49,483 nucleotides of DNA from an uncultured Verrucomicrobiota bacterium (GTDB lineage: Bacteria; Verrucomicrobiota; Verrucomicrobiia; Limisphaerales; UBA1096), in contig CAYWMH010000001.1 in the NCBI GenBank assembly GCA_964459315.1, positions 1 through 49,483 on the forward strand, given 5' to 3'. The notes below the pieces were generated by a model that had not been told where the DNA came from, searched no databases, and saw nothing but the letters and a program-made list of their open reading frames with translations. The position numbers were made by a program, and so were the translations under genes. Below are positions 26,940 to 36,101 of this stretch, in pieces (within the stretch, counting starts at the first letter, position 1; each line of letters starts with the position of its first letter).

Positions 26940-27923
26940 CTAATTCTGCCTGGCGGCCTCGATTTCGTCGTTCACGCTGGCCAACTCGAGGAACAGTTTC
27001 TCGAGGTCGCGGTAATACACCTCGGCGTCGACGGTTTTCTTGAGCGAACGGAGCGACTCGATTTTGGCCTCGGCGGCGAGCCGTTTTTTGCGGAGCGGCG
27101 CAGGGATATCCTGCTCCGCCGGGGGGATCACGGGGAAAACCAGGCGCGACAACTTCCCGTCGGCGCTGCTTTTGCCTTTGGCCTTTTTTTGCGTGCGCAC
27201 ACCGCGGAACCAGTCGGCCGGGGTGCCCATGCCGTCGCCGTTGTCGTCGAGCAGCGCGTTCTCGGAAACCAAGCGGTCGTTTTCTCGGTAAAATTCAGCG
27301 GTCTGACGCGAGGCGATCAGAAACGCCTCGAGCACCGATACCGCGCCATCCTTGTCGAGGTCGGCATCCGCCTGGCCAAGCGCGGCCGCCATGTAACCGC
27401 CGAAGCGGCAGAAGTTTTGCTCGTAGCCGCTCTTGGTCGCGGTGGCCACGACGCGGTTCGGGCCGGAGATCGCCCGGATGAACGGCGCGCTGCTCGAACT
27501 GGTATTGATGAACACGAGCGGCCCGTGGTGCGGCTTGAGCCAATGCTGAAACTCGGCGGCAGAGATGTCGTTGCCAACGAGGTTGAACTTGGCAGCCTTG
27601 CCGTCGAACGTGCCGTGGCCGACGAGCAGGATCCAAATTTCTTCGTCCGGTTTTTCGATCCATTTTTTGAGCGTGGCCTCGACGGTCTTTCGCGCGCCGG
27701 TGTTTTCCGGCTTGTTGGTGACACGCACCAGCTCAGCGGCCTGGCCGTCGAACGCCTTGGCCAAGTCGACCGCCCATCGAGCGAACAGCTCGTTGTAGTC
27801 GGCTTCGCCACCGGCACCGGTGACGACCATCACGCGGCGCTTCGTCGCGTCGTTGAACACGGCCTCTCCCGCGGCCGGCTTGGCCAACGGCAGCAGCAAC
27901 AAGCTCAACAGCAATGCTCTCAC
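26940..27923 (-). CDS. Secreted legumain/C13-like (clan CD fold) protein with Ser in place of the catalytic Cys
   Basis: A GTG start at 27923 overlaps the upstream stop (GTGA) and gives a signal-like VRALLLSLLLLPLAKPAAG. IWILLVGHG followed about 40 residues later by LVFINTSSSS mirrors the legumain pattern ..DHG.. / ..VFYIEACESGS. This is a motif-level inference only. Confidence 0.5.
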   Translation of the reverse strand: MRALLLSLLLLPLAKPAAGEAVFNDATKRRVMVVTGAGGEADYNELFARWAVDLAKAFDGQAAELVRVTNKPENTGARKTVEATLKKWIEKPDEEIWILLVGHGTFDGKAAKFNLVGNDISAAEFQHWLKPHHGPLVFINTSSSSAPFIRAISGPNRVVATATKSGYEQNFCRFGGYMAAALGQADADLDKDGAVSVLEAFLIASRQTAEFYRENDRLVSENALLDDNGDGMGTPADWFRGVRTQKKAKGKSSADGKLSRLVFPVIPPAEQDIPAPLRKKRLAAEAKIESLRSLKKTVDAEVYYRDLEKLFLELASVNDEIEAARQN

Positions 27924-30265
27924 GGCAGCCAATGCCTCCTCCGCAGCCACCACTCGGTGACGAGCAACAACAGTGCCACGGCAAACATCCACGGCAGGTG
28001 CCACAGCGTGGTCGGGAACGGCTTCATCACGTCCGCCTTTTTCATCGGCAACTCGTTCGCCCAGCCGGCCAGATCGCTGACGGCGAGCACATCGCCGCCG
28101 GTGCGCTCGGCCAATTTCTCCATCAGGCTGACGTTGGGCTGCAACGAGGCGTACTCGTCCGCAGCCGGGTTGCTGGCCCAGCCGGCCTCAACCTCGCCGA
28201 TCATCTGGCCGGCCTCGTCGCGCACCTTGGCCCGGGCCACGTAGCCGCCCTCCTCGCCGAGCCTGTACGACGACTCGAACGCGCCGGTCTCGGCACCCGG
28301 CTCGACTGACAGGTCGACCGCCTTCGACTCATCGCCGTCCGGCAGCACGTTCAGCTCGACATTGGCAAAGCCAAGCGGCTTAAACTCCGCGTCGCGCGCG
28401 CGAACGGTCAACTTGCGATGCAGCCCCGCGGCATCGGAAAGGTCTTTTGTATCCAGTTGCACACGGTTGGGCACCTCGGACACGAGCCAACGGATGATCT
28501 GCCGCCAGGCGCGCGGAAGATCTTCACGCTTGCCGTCGCCGGCCATCTGCCAGCGCCACATGTCACCGACGAGCAGTGCCGCCGACTTGCCGTGGCCGTA
28601 GCGCTGCACCACGAGCGCCGGGAGCTTGTCACCATTCCCGTCGAGCATCGACGCCATCACGGTGGCGCCGGGCTTGATGCGGTCGACCTGGTTGAGTACG
28701 CGAAACTTTGGCATGTCCTCTAGACGATCCTCTTCGTCGGCCTCGGTCTTGCGAAGGCGCATCCACCGGCTGAGCCGGCCCTCACGCTCGAGCTTGTACT
28801 CCAGTTTGTCCACCGGAGTAACCTCACCCCGGCGCTGCAGATAAACCGGCAACAGCTCCGCGATGGGCGTGTTTTCGTAGCCGCCCTGCGTGAACGATTC
28901 CTGGCCGCCGAGCATCATGAACCCGCCGCCGCGCTCGGACACATGGCGGCGAATCAGCTCGCGCTGGTGAGGCATGAAGAATGCCGACTCGAGGTCATCG
29001 AGAATGATCGCGTGGTAGCCGAACAACTCGGCCGCGCTCTTCGGGAAATCATCCTTCAACTCTTCCTCATCTTTGACGTTGAGCCGCTTGAGGATCGGCT
29101 TGTCGTACCGATCCCCATCGTCGTCGTCGCCCCCGAAGCCCTTGAACAGCGGGTTGCTGCTTTCGCCCCCACGACCGAGAAACACGAACTTAGGCTCGCG
29201 CTTGGCGATGCGGATTAGGCCGACGAGGTCGACCTGTGGATCATCATCGAGCGCGCGCTTCAGGAACTTGTATTCCCAGTTGGGCCGGCCAGCGACGTAG
29301 AGGATGCGGTACGGCTCCCGACGCCGCTCGACCGCAATAATGCGTCGGTTGTTGGCCAGGGTCGCCTCCGGCTCAACCGGCTGGCCGTCCGGCGGCTGCA
29401 CCTGGCCGGCCTCGACCGTGTAAAACGACACGCCCAACGCCTCCGGCTTGACTTCAAACTTGAGATTCATCGATTCCGCCGCCACGGGGGATTGGGTCTC
29501 GATCACCGTGCCGTCCGGGTCGAGCAGTCGTACCTCGATTGGGTCGTCGAAACCAAAGCCGGTGGCCGTGAGATCGCAATGAATCGTCACCGGCGCATCC
29601 TCGAACGGCGACGCCACCTGCACCAGGTTGGTGATCGATATGTCCCTGATGACTGATTCCGTGCCCATTACGACAGGGTAAACCGGCGGCAGCGTGCCCA
29701 GGCTGTCCAGGTCCTCGACGGTGCCGTCGGTGGCGTTGCCGTCGCTGAACAACAGGATGCCCGCGAGCGGCCGGCCGCTGAAAAGTTCGCCAAGTTCGCG
29801 AGTCGAACCGATGAGCGAGCTGGCGCGGCCCTTGAAATCCAGCGAGTCAAATTCGCCGGTCGGACGCCGCCGCGTATCGAACGTGTAACGCCGTATCACG
29901 AAATTCTCGTCAAGCGCCTCCTGCCAGCCGCCCGGTATCGACTTGAGCGCCTCGGCCATTTCCTCCGCACGGGAGGTCGTGCTGCCGGCATCCCGGATGG
30001 TCATGCCCTGGCTGTTGTCGGCCAGCACGGCGATGATATTCGCCTTCGGCACGGTCTTCTCCCGCACCCACTGTGGCTCAAGCAGGCAAAAGCAGAGCAG
30101 TGCGATGCCCAGCGTCTTGAGCGTGATCCCGGCAACCTTGAGCCGCAACGGCAACCGCGCCCGCCCGTAGCCCCACAGCGAAACCAGGATCACCAGCGCC
30201 GACACCCCCACCGACACCGGCAGCCACTCCCGGCTTAAAAAAACGATGGAACCAAAATCAGGCAT
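27920..30265 (-). CDS. Membrane protein with vWA-like and class-I glutamine-amidotransferase-like (DUF1355-type) domains
   Basis: N-terminal TM helices, NIIAVLADNSQGM, and YHAIILDDLESAFF...GGGFMMLGGQESFTQGGYENTPIAELLPV, typical of the GATase1-like domain found in Bat-like clusters. Confidence 0.65.
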   Translation of the reverse strand: MPDFGSIVFLSREWLPVSVGVSALVILVSLWGYGRARLPLRLKVAGITLKTLGIALLCFCLLEPQWVREKTVPKANIIAVLADNSQGMTIRDAGSTTSRAEEMAEALKSIPGGWQEALDENFVIRRYTFDTRRRPTGEFDSLDFKGRASSLIGSTRELGELFSGRPLAGILLFSDGNATDGTVEDLDSLGTLPPVYPVVMGTESVIRDISITNLVQVASPFEDAPVTIHCDLTATGFGFDDPIEVRLLDPDGTVIETQSPVAAESMNLKFEVKPEALGVSFYTVEAGQVQPPDGQPVEPEATLANNRRIIAVERRREPYRILYVAGRPNWEYKFLKRALDDDPQVDLVGLIRIAKREPKFVFLGRGGESSNPLFKGFGGDDDDGDRYDKPILKRLNVKDEEELKDDFPKSAAELFGYHAIILDDLESAFFMPHQRELIRRHVSERGGGFMMLGGQESFTQGGYENTPIAELLPVYLQRRGEVTPVDKLEYKLEREGRLSRWMRLRKTEADEEDRLEDMPKFRVLNQVDRIKPGATVMASMLDGNGDKLPALVVQRYGHGKSAALLVGDMWRWQMAGDGKREDLPRAWRQIIRWLVSEVPNRVQLDTKDLSDAAGLHRKLTVRARDAEFKPLGFANVELNVLPDGDESKAVDLSVEPGAETGAFESSYRLGEEGGYVARAKVRDEAGQMIGEVEAGWASNPAADEYASLQPNVSLMEKLAERTGGDVLAVSDLAGWANELPMKKADVMKPFPTTLWHLPWMFAVALLLLVTEWWLRRRHWLP

Positions 30266-30270
30266 TTTTC

Positions 30271-30317
30271 AAACGCAGAGGACGTAGTTGCTCTGCGCCT
30301 TGGCGGCCTCTGCGTTT
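30271..30317 (-). promoter_or_regulatory. Intercistronic inverted repeat (11-bp arms) filling the only real gap in the Bat-like operon
   Basis: AAACGCAGAGG (30271..30281) and CCTCTGCGTTT (30307..30317) are perfect complements. A third half-site, CTCTGCG, sits at 30291..30297. One arm overlaps the upstream stop codon (30316..30318). The other ends 5 nt from the next start codon (30265). Confidence 0.5.
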
Positions 30318-33300
30318 AATTATTGGGCTCATTCTCCTTTCGGCCGCCCAGACGTTCGTAGTAGCGGCGGACCAGCTCGGAGTATTGGGCCGGCACCGGC
30401 TCGTGGTCGACCGGGACCATTTCGCGCTTGGGCTGGCGCAGGGACAGTTCCTCCTCGAGCCGCTTGTTGATCTCGGTCATCGGGCGGAGAATCTGCATGT
30501 CCACCAAATCCCATTTCGGCGGCTTGCCGTTCTCCTTGTTTTCACGGCGTATGTCACGGGCGCTTTGGCGCACCTCGGAGACTTGGTTTCGCAACTCCGG
30601 AATCTCGATGACTTCCTCGACCTCGCGAAGCCGATCCTCCCAGTCGCGGTAGTCCAGGCCGGTCAGCGGGCCGTCGAAATCCAAGTCGCCCAAGTCTTGG
30701 AACAAGTCGGAACCACCGCTGCTGCCACCGTTGTCGCGGTTACCATCCGGGCGACGGCTGGACAGGTCGTTCGGGTTGCGCGGCTGGCCGCCCCGGCCTT
30801 GTGCCGTTTGCGGTTCCTCCGGATTGTCGGGCCGGCCCTGACCTTGGCCAGGCTGGTTTGGCTGTTCCTCCCGCGCTTGGCCACTGCCATTTGGCGGCTG
30901 TTCCTCCCGCGCTTGGCCTCTGCCATTTGGCGACTGGTTTTCGCCGCCTTGGGGGCGCTGCCCTTGGCCAAGCGGGCTTGGCTCGCCGCCTTCCCTCGGC
31001 TCCGGGCGGGTGGTCATGGCCTGCTCCATTTCGCGCTCGACCTCCTCGCGCAGTTCGTCGAGCTGGTCGGCGGCGAAGCGCATGGCGTCCTCGTCGCTGC
31101 CGATGATTTTCTCGGCGGCATCCTCCACGGAGCCGCGCAGCTCGGAGATGTTCTCGGTCAATTCACGCTGAATGTCACCGGTTCGGTCGGAGAGGTTGTT
31201 GCGCATCCTGTTCGACAGTTCATCGAACGCCGCTTCCAACGACAGGTTCTCGTTCGAGATGTCGTCGTTGACCCTGATGGACTGCTGCCGGGCGCGGCGC
31301 AGGCCGTCCTCCAGTTCCTGAGAAAGCAGTTTTTCCGACGCCTCGGCCTCGCGGGAAACCTGCTCCATCTGCTGCAGCAATTCCTCGAGCTGCTCCTTTT
31401 GCGACTCGGCCATGTCGATCGCCTCCTTGAGTTCGCCCTCATCGCTGAGGGGGCGGAAGGTTGCCTCCCGGTCCGCGTCGATCGCCTGGTTCAGTTCGCG
31501 TTGGTTGTTGTCCAGTTCGCGCGCGTCCTGGCGCATCTCGCGCATGGCCTCGGCGAACTCGCTCGCGGTTTGATCCCGGTAATCCTCGCGGACCTCGTCG
31601 AGGTTTCGGCTGGCACGCGATCCGGTGTTGGCAGCCTGCGAAAGCTCTTCGCGCTGGAGGTTACGGGCGGTCTCCTCCATCTGCTCGCGGGCCTCCTCGA
31701 GTTGCCGGCGCGACTCGGCCAGCTCGTCGTCCTGGCTGCTCTCCATCCGTTGCTGAACCTCGTCGAGATCATCGATCAGTTCGCGCTGTTCCTCCTGCAG
31801 GCGCTTGAGTTCGCGCTCGATGCGTTCGCGCTCGGCCTCGTCCTCGGCGTCGAGCAGGGCAATCTGCAGTTCCTGCACCCGCTCATTCAGGTCCGACTGC
31901 CGCCGGGCCAATTCCTTGAGGCGGCTGAGCGTCTGCAACTGCTCGGCGCGCTCGCCCTGCTGCCGGGCTTGTTGCTGCTGCCGCTCGGCCTTGCTCTCCA
32001 GCTCGTAGTTGTTGCGCGAATCCTGCATTTGAAGCTGGTCGAGCTGGCGCTGGGAACGGTTGCTGTTGCCGCGGCCCCGCTGCCGGGCCTGCTGCTGGGC
32101 CTGCTGGCGGGAGACGCGAAACTCATTCTCGCGCAGTTTCTGCAGGTGCTGCAGGGCGGTTTGCTCCTCGACGATCGCCCCGGAAAGCGCTTGGCCAAGC
32201 GCATCGCCGCTGGCGTCCCACGCCATGGCTAAGCGGTCGGCGGCGGCCAGCATCGCCTCGTTGGCCTGGTACGCCTGGCCGCCGGACTCGGCGTCCTGCA
32301 GCAGCGCCGACGCCTGCTCGAGCAAGCCGACCAATTCCTCCTGCGAATCGAGCACGACCCCAATGTCGTCGGCCAATTTTTCGTCGTTGGCATCGCGGCG
32401 CTTGAGGTTCCATGTGGCGCTGATGATCTCTTTTTGCGTGTCGAGCATGTTGGCGATGGACTGCTGCTGTTCGCCGCCCTGCTCGCCGCCCTCGCCCTGC
32501 TGCTGTTGCTGCCGCATGCCCTCGGTAGCGGAACGGTTTTGCCGGAAGATTTCCTCGAACGGCCGTACGGTGGCGAAATACAAATCGCTGAATCCCCGGC
32601 GCACCCCGCCGTCCCGGACGCGGTCGTCGGCCCACAGGAAATAGCTCACCACCTGCCCCACCTCGACGCCCAGGTCCTCCATGCGCAGCACATGTGCGAC
32701 GTCGAGCCGGTTCGTGGCCAGGCCGTCAGCGCCCAGCGAAATGTACTGTGGTTCCTCGCCGGCCAACTGGTAGCCGATGCCGGCATCGGCCAGCCCGAAG
32801 TCGTCGCGCGCCTCGCCGTGCAGCCGCATCTCCTCGATCGAAGAAACCTCAGTGTCGCCGGTCGGCGCCTCGAACTTGAGCGCCGGGGCGACATTCTCGA
32901 GCACGGTGAACACGTACCGGGCTGGGGATTGATTCTCGCGTCCCTCGGCATCCTCAAGGTGCAGCTCGTATCGGAACTCGCCCGGCTGGTCGAAGTCACG
33001 CAGGAGCTGGTACTCCGGGCTGCCGTCGGCCAGCGGCTTTAGCAGAATGTCATCGCCCCCGCCGTCGCGGGCCTTGAGCACGGCCGACTGGAGCGGCTTG
33101 TTGAACCGGAAATCGAACGTCAACCCGGTGCCCTCCACGGCGGTGAGGCGGCGGGTGTTGGGGATGACCTTATCGTCGCGGCCGGTGAACTCCGGGTAGT
33201 CGAGCTTGGCCTCGGACGACTTCAGCTCGGGAAAATCGAACACGGTCATCCGGTAATTCTCCCCATGTCGGCCGTCGTACTCGACGCGGTACACGGCAGC

Positions 33301-34020
33301 CGCCCGTACGTTGGCCAGGCGATAACTGTAGGTTGGGTCATCGAGGCTCTGCACCATGCGCCTCCTGCGCGGCTCCTGGCCCGGCTCCATCAACACCAGT
33401 GTGACGCTGCCCTGCTCGCGGGTGAATTTTGCGGAGATGATCCGGCTCATGCCGCGCTCGATCTCGAAATCGCCCGGCTCCACCACGACCCGCTCCTGTC
33501 GCGCCAACTGGCCACCGCCGGACCCCGGCAATTGCATCGCCGCCAGCACGAACACCACCAGCGCCACGGCGTGAAACAGGTGCGCTTGGGCAAGGCGTCC
33601 GTTGGCCTCGAATTCCCAGCCCTGCTTGTGGGCCGCGCTGAGCGCCTCGGTCAACACGCGCTGCTGCAGATAGTCGAGCTGGTCGGGGTCGTTATTCGCG
33701 ATCTGCTCCGAGGCGGTCTCGAGCAGCTTGTTGAGATCGGGATGATGCCCCTCGATCCGCTGGACGATCTCGGGCAGCGTCAGCCAATCGACGAGCAGCA
33801 CCTTGAGGAAAACCAACGCCGCGAGGACAGCGCCCGCCGTACCAATAATCGGCCAGCCGAGGCGCTGGTCGAATCCGGCCGCTTGGCCAAGCGCAAGGAC
33901 CCCGAGGCTTGCCAACGCGCAAAGCCCCCAGCAAACGGCCAGGCCGGTGTACAGTTTCTGCCGTCGATGCTGCCGCCGGTGGAGCATCAGGAATTCCTGG
34001 AGTGTTTTTGGCTCGTTCAT
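30316..34020 (-). CDS. Large membrane-anchored coiled-coil protein (DUF4175-like)
   Basis: Two or three N-terminal TM helices, a beta-rich middle, and about 500 aa of E/Q/R-rich coiled coil plus a G/Q/P/N-rich low-complexity tail. Its position after the BatA-like gene is typical for DUF4175. Its start overlaps the upstream stop (ATGA). Confidence 0.6.
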   Translation of the reverse strand: MNEPKTLQEFLMLHRRQHRRQKLYTGLAVCWGLCALASLGVLALGQAAGFDQRLGWPIIGTAGAVLAALVFLKVLLVDWLTLPEIVQRIEGHHPDLNKLLETASEQIANNDPDQLDYLQQRVLTEALSAAHKQGWEFEANGRLAQAHLFHAVALVVFVLAAMQLPGSGGGQLARQERVVVEPGDFEIERGMSRIISAKFTREQGSVTLVLMEPGQEPRRRRMVQSLDDPTYSYRLANVRAAAVYRVEYDGRHGENYRMTVFDFPELKSSEAKLDYPEFTGRDDKVIPNTRRLTAVEGTGLTFDFRFNKPLQSAVLKARDGGGDDILLKPLADGSPEYQLLRDFDQPGEFRYELHLEDAEGRENQSPARYVFTVLENVAPALKFEAPTGDTEVSSIEEMRLHGEARDDFGLADAGIGYQLAGEEPQYISLGADGLATNRLDVAHVLRMEDLGVEVGQVVSYFLWADDRVRDGGVRRGFSDLYFATVRPFEEIFRQNRSATEGMRQQQQQGEGGEQGGEQQQSIANMLDTQKEIISATWNLKRRDANDEKLADDIGVVLDSQEELVGLLEQASALLQDAESGGQAYQANEAMLAAADRLAMAWDASGDALGQALSGAIVEEQTALQHLQKLRENEFRVSRQQAQQQARQRGRGNSNRSQRQLDQLQMQDSRNNYELESKAERQQQQARQQGERAEQLQTLSRLKELARRQSDLNERVQELQIALLDAEDEAERERIERELKRLQEEQRELIDDLDEVQQRMESSQDDELAESRRQLEEAREQMEETARNLQREELSQAANTGSRASRNLDEVREDYRDQTASEFAEAMREMRQDARELDNNQRELNQAIDADREATFRPLSDEGELKEAIDMAESQKEQLEELLQQMEQVSREAEASEKLLSQELEDGLRRARQQSIRVNDDISNENLSLEAAFDELSNRMRNNLSDRTGDIQRELTENISELRGSVEDAAEKIIGSDEDAMRFAADQLDELREEVEREMEQAMTTRPEPREGGEPSPLGQGQRPQGGENQSPNGRGQAREEQPPNGSGQAREEQPNQPGQGQGRPDNPEEPQTAQGRGGQPRNPNDLSSRRPDGNRDNGGSSGGSDLFQDLGDLDFDGPLTGLDYRDWEDRLREVEEVIEIPELRNQVSEVRQSARDIRRENKENGKPPKWDLVDMQILRPMTEINKRLEEELSLRQPKREMVPVDHEPVPAQYSELVRRYYERLGGRKENEPNN
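30861..30932. repeat. 36-bp tandem duplication (2 units, 35/36 identical) inside the DUF4175-like CDS
   Basis: gctgttcctcccgcgcttggccActgccatttggcg / gctgttcctcccgcgcttggccTctgccatttggcg. It encodes ..NGRGQAREEQ(S/P)P.. twice. Confidence 0.95.
32187..32202. repeat. Perfect 16-bp copy of GCGCTTGGCCAAGCGC
   Basis: Read directly. It lies inside the DUF4175-like CDS (..DALGQALSG..). Confidence 0.95.
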
Positions 34021-36101
34021 GTCATGACTGGTTCGGCCGAGCGGCTGCCCTTCGCAGCCAGCACGGTTTCAAGAGTGACAAACAAAAGCACCGCCGCCAA
34101 GGCCCACTGCCAATATTCGCGACGGTGCGTTTCTGTTTTTTGGGCCGCCTCGATGACCATCGGGGCAGCGGCCGTGGCGCTCATCGGCAGGCCGAGTTTT
34201 TTGAATTGATCCATCCGAATCGGCTCGGTGCGGCTCTCCGCCGGCGGGAGGTTTACCGCAAACGTCTCCGACCAGCCGTTGCCATTCGCAGTGTAAAGGC
34301 CGGAAGCGCGCGGCGTGAACATGGCATCGACCGCCATCGGCTTGGCACCGTCGCCGGGTGGCAGGATAGTGACGCCGCCATCGGCCTGACCGTTGTTAAA
34401 ACGCGTCATGTCGACCTCGCTGCCGACGACGAACTGCCGCGACCGGGTCTTTTCATCCAGCACGGGCCTGAGGATCGAGTAGAGCAACGGGATGAACTTG
34501 GTCGAGAGCGCCAGTTGGCTGTCGGCTGGTTTCCAGCCGGAGGCCATCACCAGCAAACGGCCGGCACCGCGATCCGCCGACAACCAAGCCGGCGCGCCGG
34601 AGTCGAACCGGGCGAGCACGTCGATGCCGTCGTCCGGAAGGTTTAACAGCTCGCGATGTTTCCAGAAATGCAGGTTCGTGAAGTTGCTGTATCGCGCGTC
34701 GCGGAACACCATTAAAACCGGGTGATCCAGATTGAGCTCCAACTTGGCTCCTTGACCTGAAAAACGAGAGTTTAAATCGCTCGACTCGACCTCGCGGATG
34801 GCCACTCCGGTCGCACCCAGCCATTGGCCGAGGTTCGCCGCCTGGGTCGGCGACTGCACGATCACCAGCGCGATTACTCCCCCCTCGATCGCCTGGCCAA
34901 GCGCTTGGCCAAGCGGGTCGCCGACGGCATCGCCGATGACGTACAGATCGGCCTCCGGCAGTGGGCCAGTCGAAAGGCCGCTGACGGACTGGACCTGAAA
35001 ATCAAGCGCACTCGACGGCTGAAACGCGCTCGCCAAGTAAAACAGCGAGCCCTCGGCGTCATTCGGGTCGTCCTCGCCGACGTAAACGATGCGCACGGTC
35101 TGCTGCCGGATTGGCGCGAAATGAAACTGGTTGTCGAACGCCGCCGCGTCGCCCCGGATGGCCAGCCGCGCGATCGGCTTCCCGGCGCTTTCGGCCGGCA
35201 GCTCGACCACCCGGCTGCGCCCCGGCGGGACGTGCACCTTTTGGCTGAACGCATCGCCGGCCGCCGTATGAGCCACGAACTCGAGCTCATCGCTGATGCC
35301 GCTGGGCGAGTTGCTGATGCGAAACGACGGCGCGCCGCCGTTGGCAGCCCAAGGCACGCGGGAGGCGACCTGCTCGATGCCGGCGTTGCCCTGTTCACCA
35401 TCGCCGATCTGCTCGAGCGTCACCCGGATCTCGGCGGGCCACTCGTAGCCCTGCACCTCGTTGAGGCGGCTGCCCTTCTGTAAATCACTGATAACGATAA
35501 TCTCCCGTCGGGCAAACGGCTGTTCGTCCTCCTCCGTCTCGGTCTCGTGGATCGCCTCGCCGACGGAGACCAGCGCTTGGCCAAGGTTGCTGCCGCCAAA
35601 GCCCGGCTTGGCCAAGCGCTCCAGCTGGGCGTTCACCTCGCCGCCAGACGCGCTGCCCAGCCACGAGTCGATTTGGGCCAGTGGCTTATTCGAGTCGTCG
35701 TAGGCGATCAGTGAGAACCGGTCGCCGGGGCCGAGTTGGCCCAGCGCAGTTTGCACCTTGGCCTTGGCCCGCGCCCACAGGTCGCCGCGCTGCATGCTGG
35801 CGCTGCGATCGAGCAGCACGGTAATCCATTGCCGGTCGCGCCGCGCCTCGGCGGGATTGTCGACCTCGACAAACGGTCGCGCAAAAACGAATGCCAGCAG
35901 AAGCAGCGCGAGGCAACGCAGCAGCAGAAGCAGCAGGTGCGTCGGTCGCCGCTTGCGGTCGACCGGCGGCTTGGTCTTGTCGAGAAACATCAGGCTGCCG
36001 AACGGCTGCCTGTTTTTCGGACGGTCGTGCAGCAGGTGCAGGATGACCGGGATGGCGAGGCCTAGCGCACCCAGCAGGTAAAGCGGCGTCAGGAAACTCA
36101 T
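34017..36101 (-). CDS. BatA-type protein: N-terminal double-TM domain + vWA domain
   Basis: MSFLTPLYLLGALGLAIPVILHLL is the BatA N-terminal double-TM signature. vWA MIDAS-like ITVLLDRSASM. ATGA overlaps at both ends. Confidence 0.8.
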   Translation of the reverse strand: MSFLTPLYLLGALGLAIPVILHLLHDRPKNRQPFGSLMFLDKTKPPVDRKRRPTHLLLLLLRCLALLLLAFVFARPFVEVDNPAEARRDRQWITVLLDRSASMQRGDLWARAKAKVQTALGQLGPGDRFSLIAYDDSNKPLAQIDSWLGSASGGEVNAQLERLAKPGFGGSNLGQALVSVGEAIHETETEEDEQPFARREIIVISDLQKGSRLNEVQGYEWPAEIRVTLEQIGDGEQGNAGIEQVASRVPWAANGGAPSFRISNSPSGISDELEFVAHTAAGDAFSQKVHVPPGRSRVVELPAESAGKPIARLAIRGDAAAFDNQFHFAPIRQQTVRIVYVGEDDPNDAEGSLFYLASAFQPSSALDFQVQSVSGLSTGPLPEADLYVIGDAVGDPLGQALGQAIEGGVIALVIVQSPTQAANLGQWLGATGVAIREVESSDLNSRFSGQGAKLELNLDHPVLMVFRDARYSNFTNLHFWKHRELLNLPDDGIDVLARFDSGAPAWLSADRGAGRLLVMASGWKPADSQLALSTKFIPLLYSILRPVLDEKTRSRQFVVGSEVDMTRFNNGQADGGVTILPPGDGAKPMAVDAMFTPRASGLYTANGNGWSETFAVNLPPAESRTEPIRMDQFKKLGLPMSATAAAPMVIEAAQKTETHRREYWQWALAAVLLFVTLETVLAAKGSRSAEPVMT
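34893..34915. repeat. Head-to-tail double copy of the iterated palindrome (CTGGCCAAGCG + CTTGGCCAAGCG)
   Basis: Read directly. It encodes PLGQALGQA in the BatA-like protein. Confidence 0.95.

Noticed and set aside
30385-32232. Long ORFs antisense to, or out of frame with, confidently assigned genes. Examples: 30385..32232 (615 aa), 22051..23796 (581 aa), 39389..40729 (446 aa), 36257..37333, 37027..38052, 4017..4979, 17245..18168 and 27189..28244.
   Set aside because: These are typical high-GC shadow ORFs. They are rich in Arg/Ala/Gly/Pro/Leu, carry no family motifs I recognise, and are each fully covered by an ORF with clear domain signatures on the other strand or frame.
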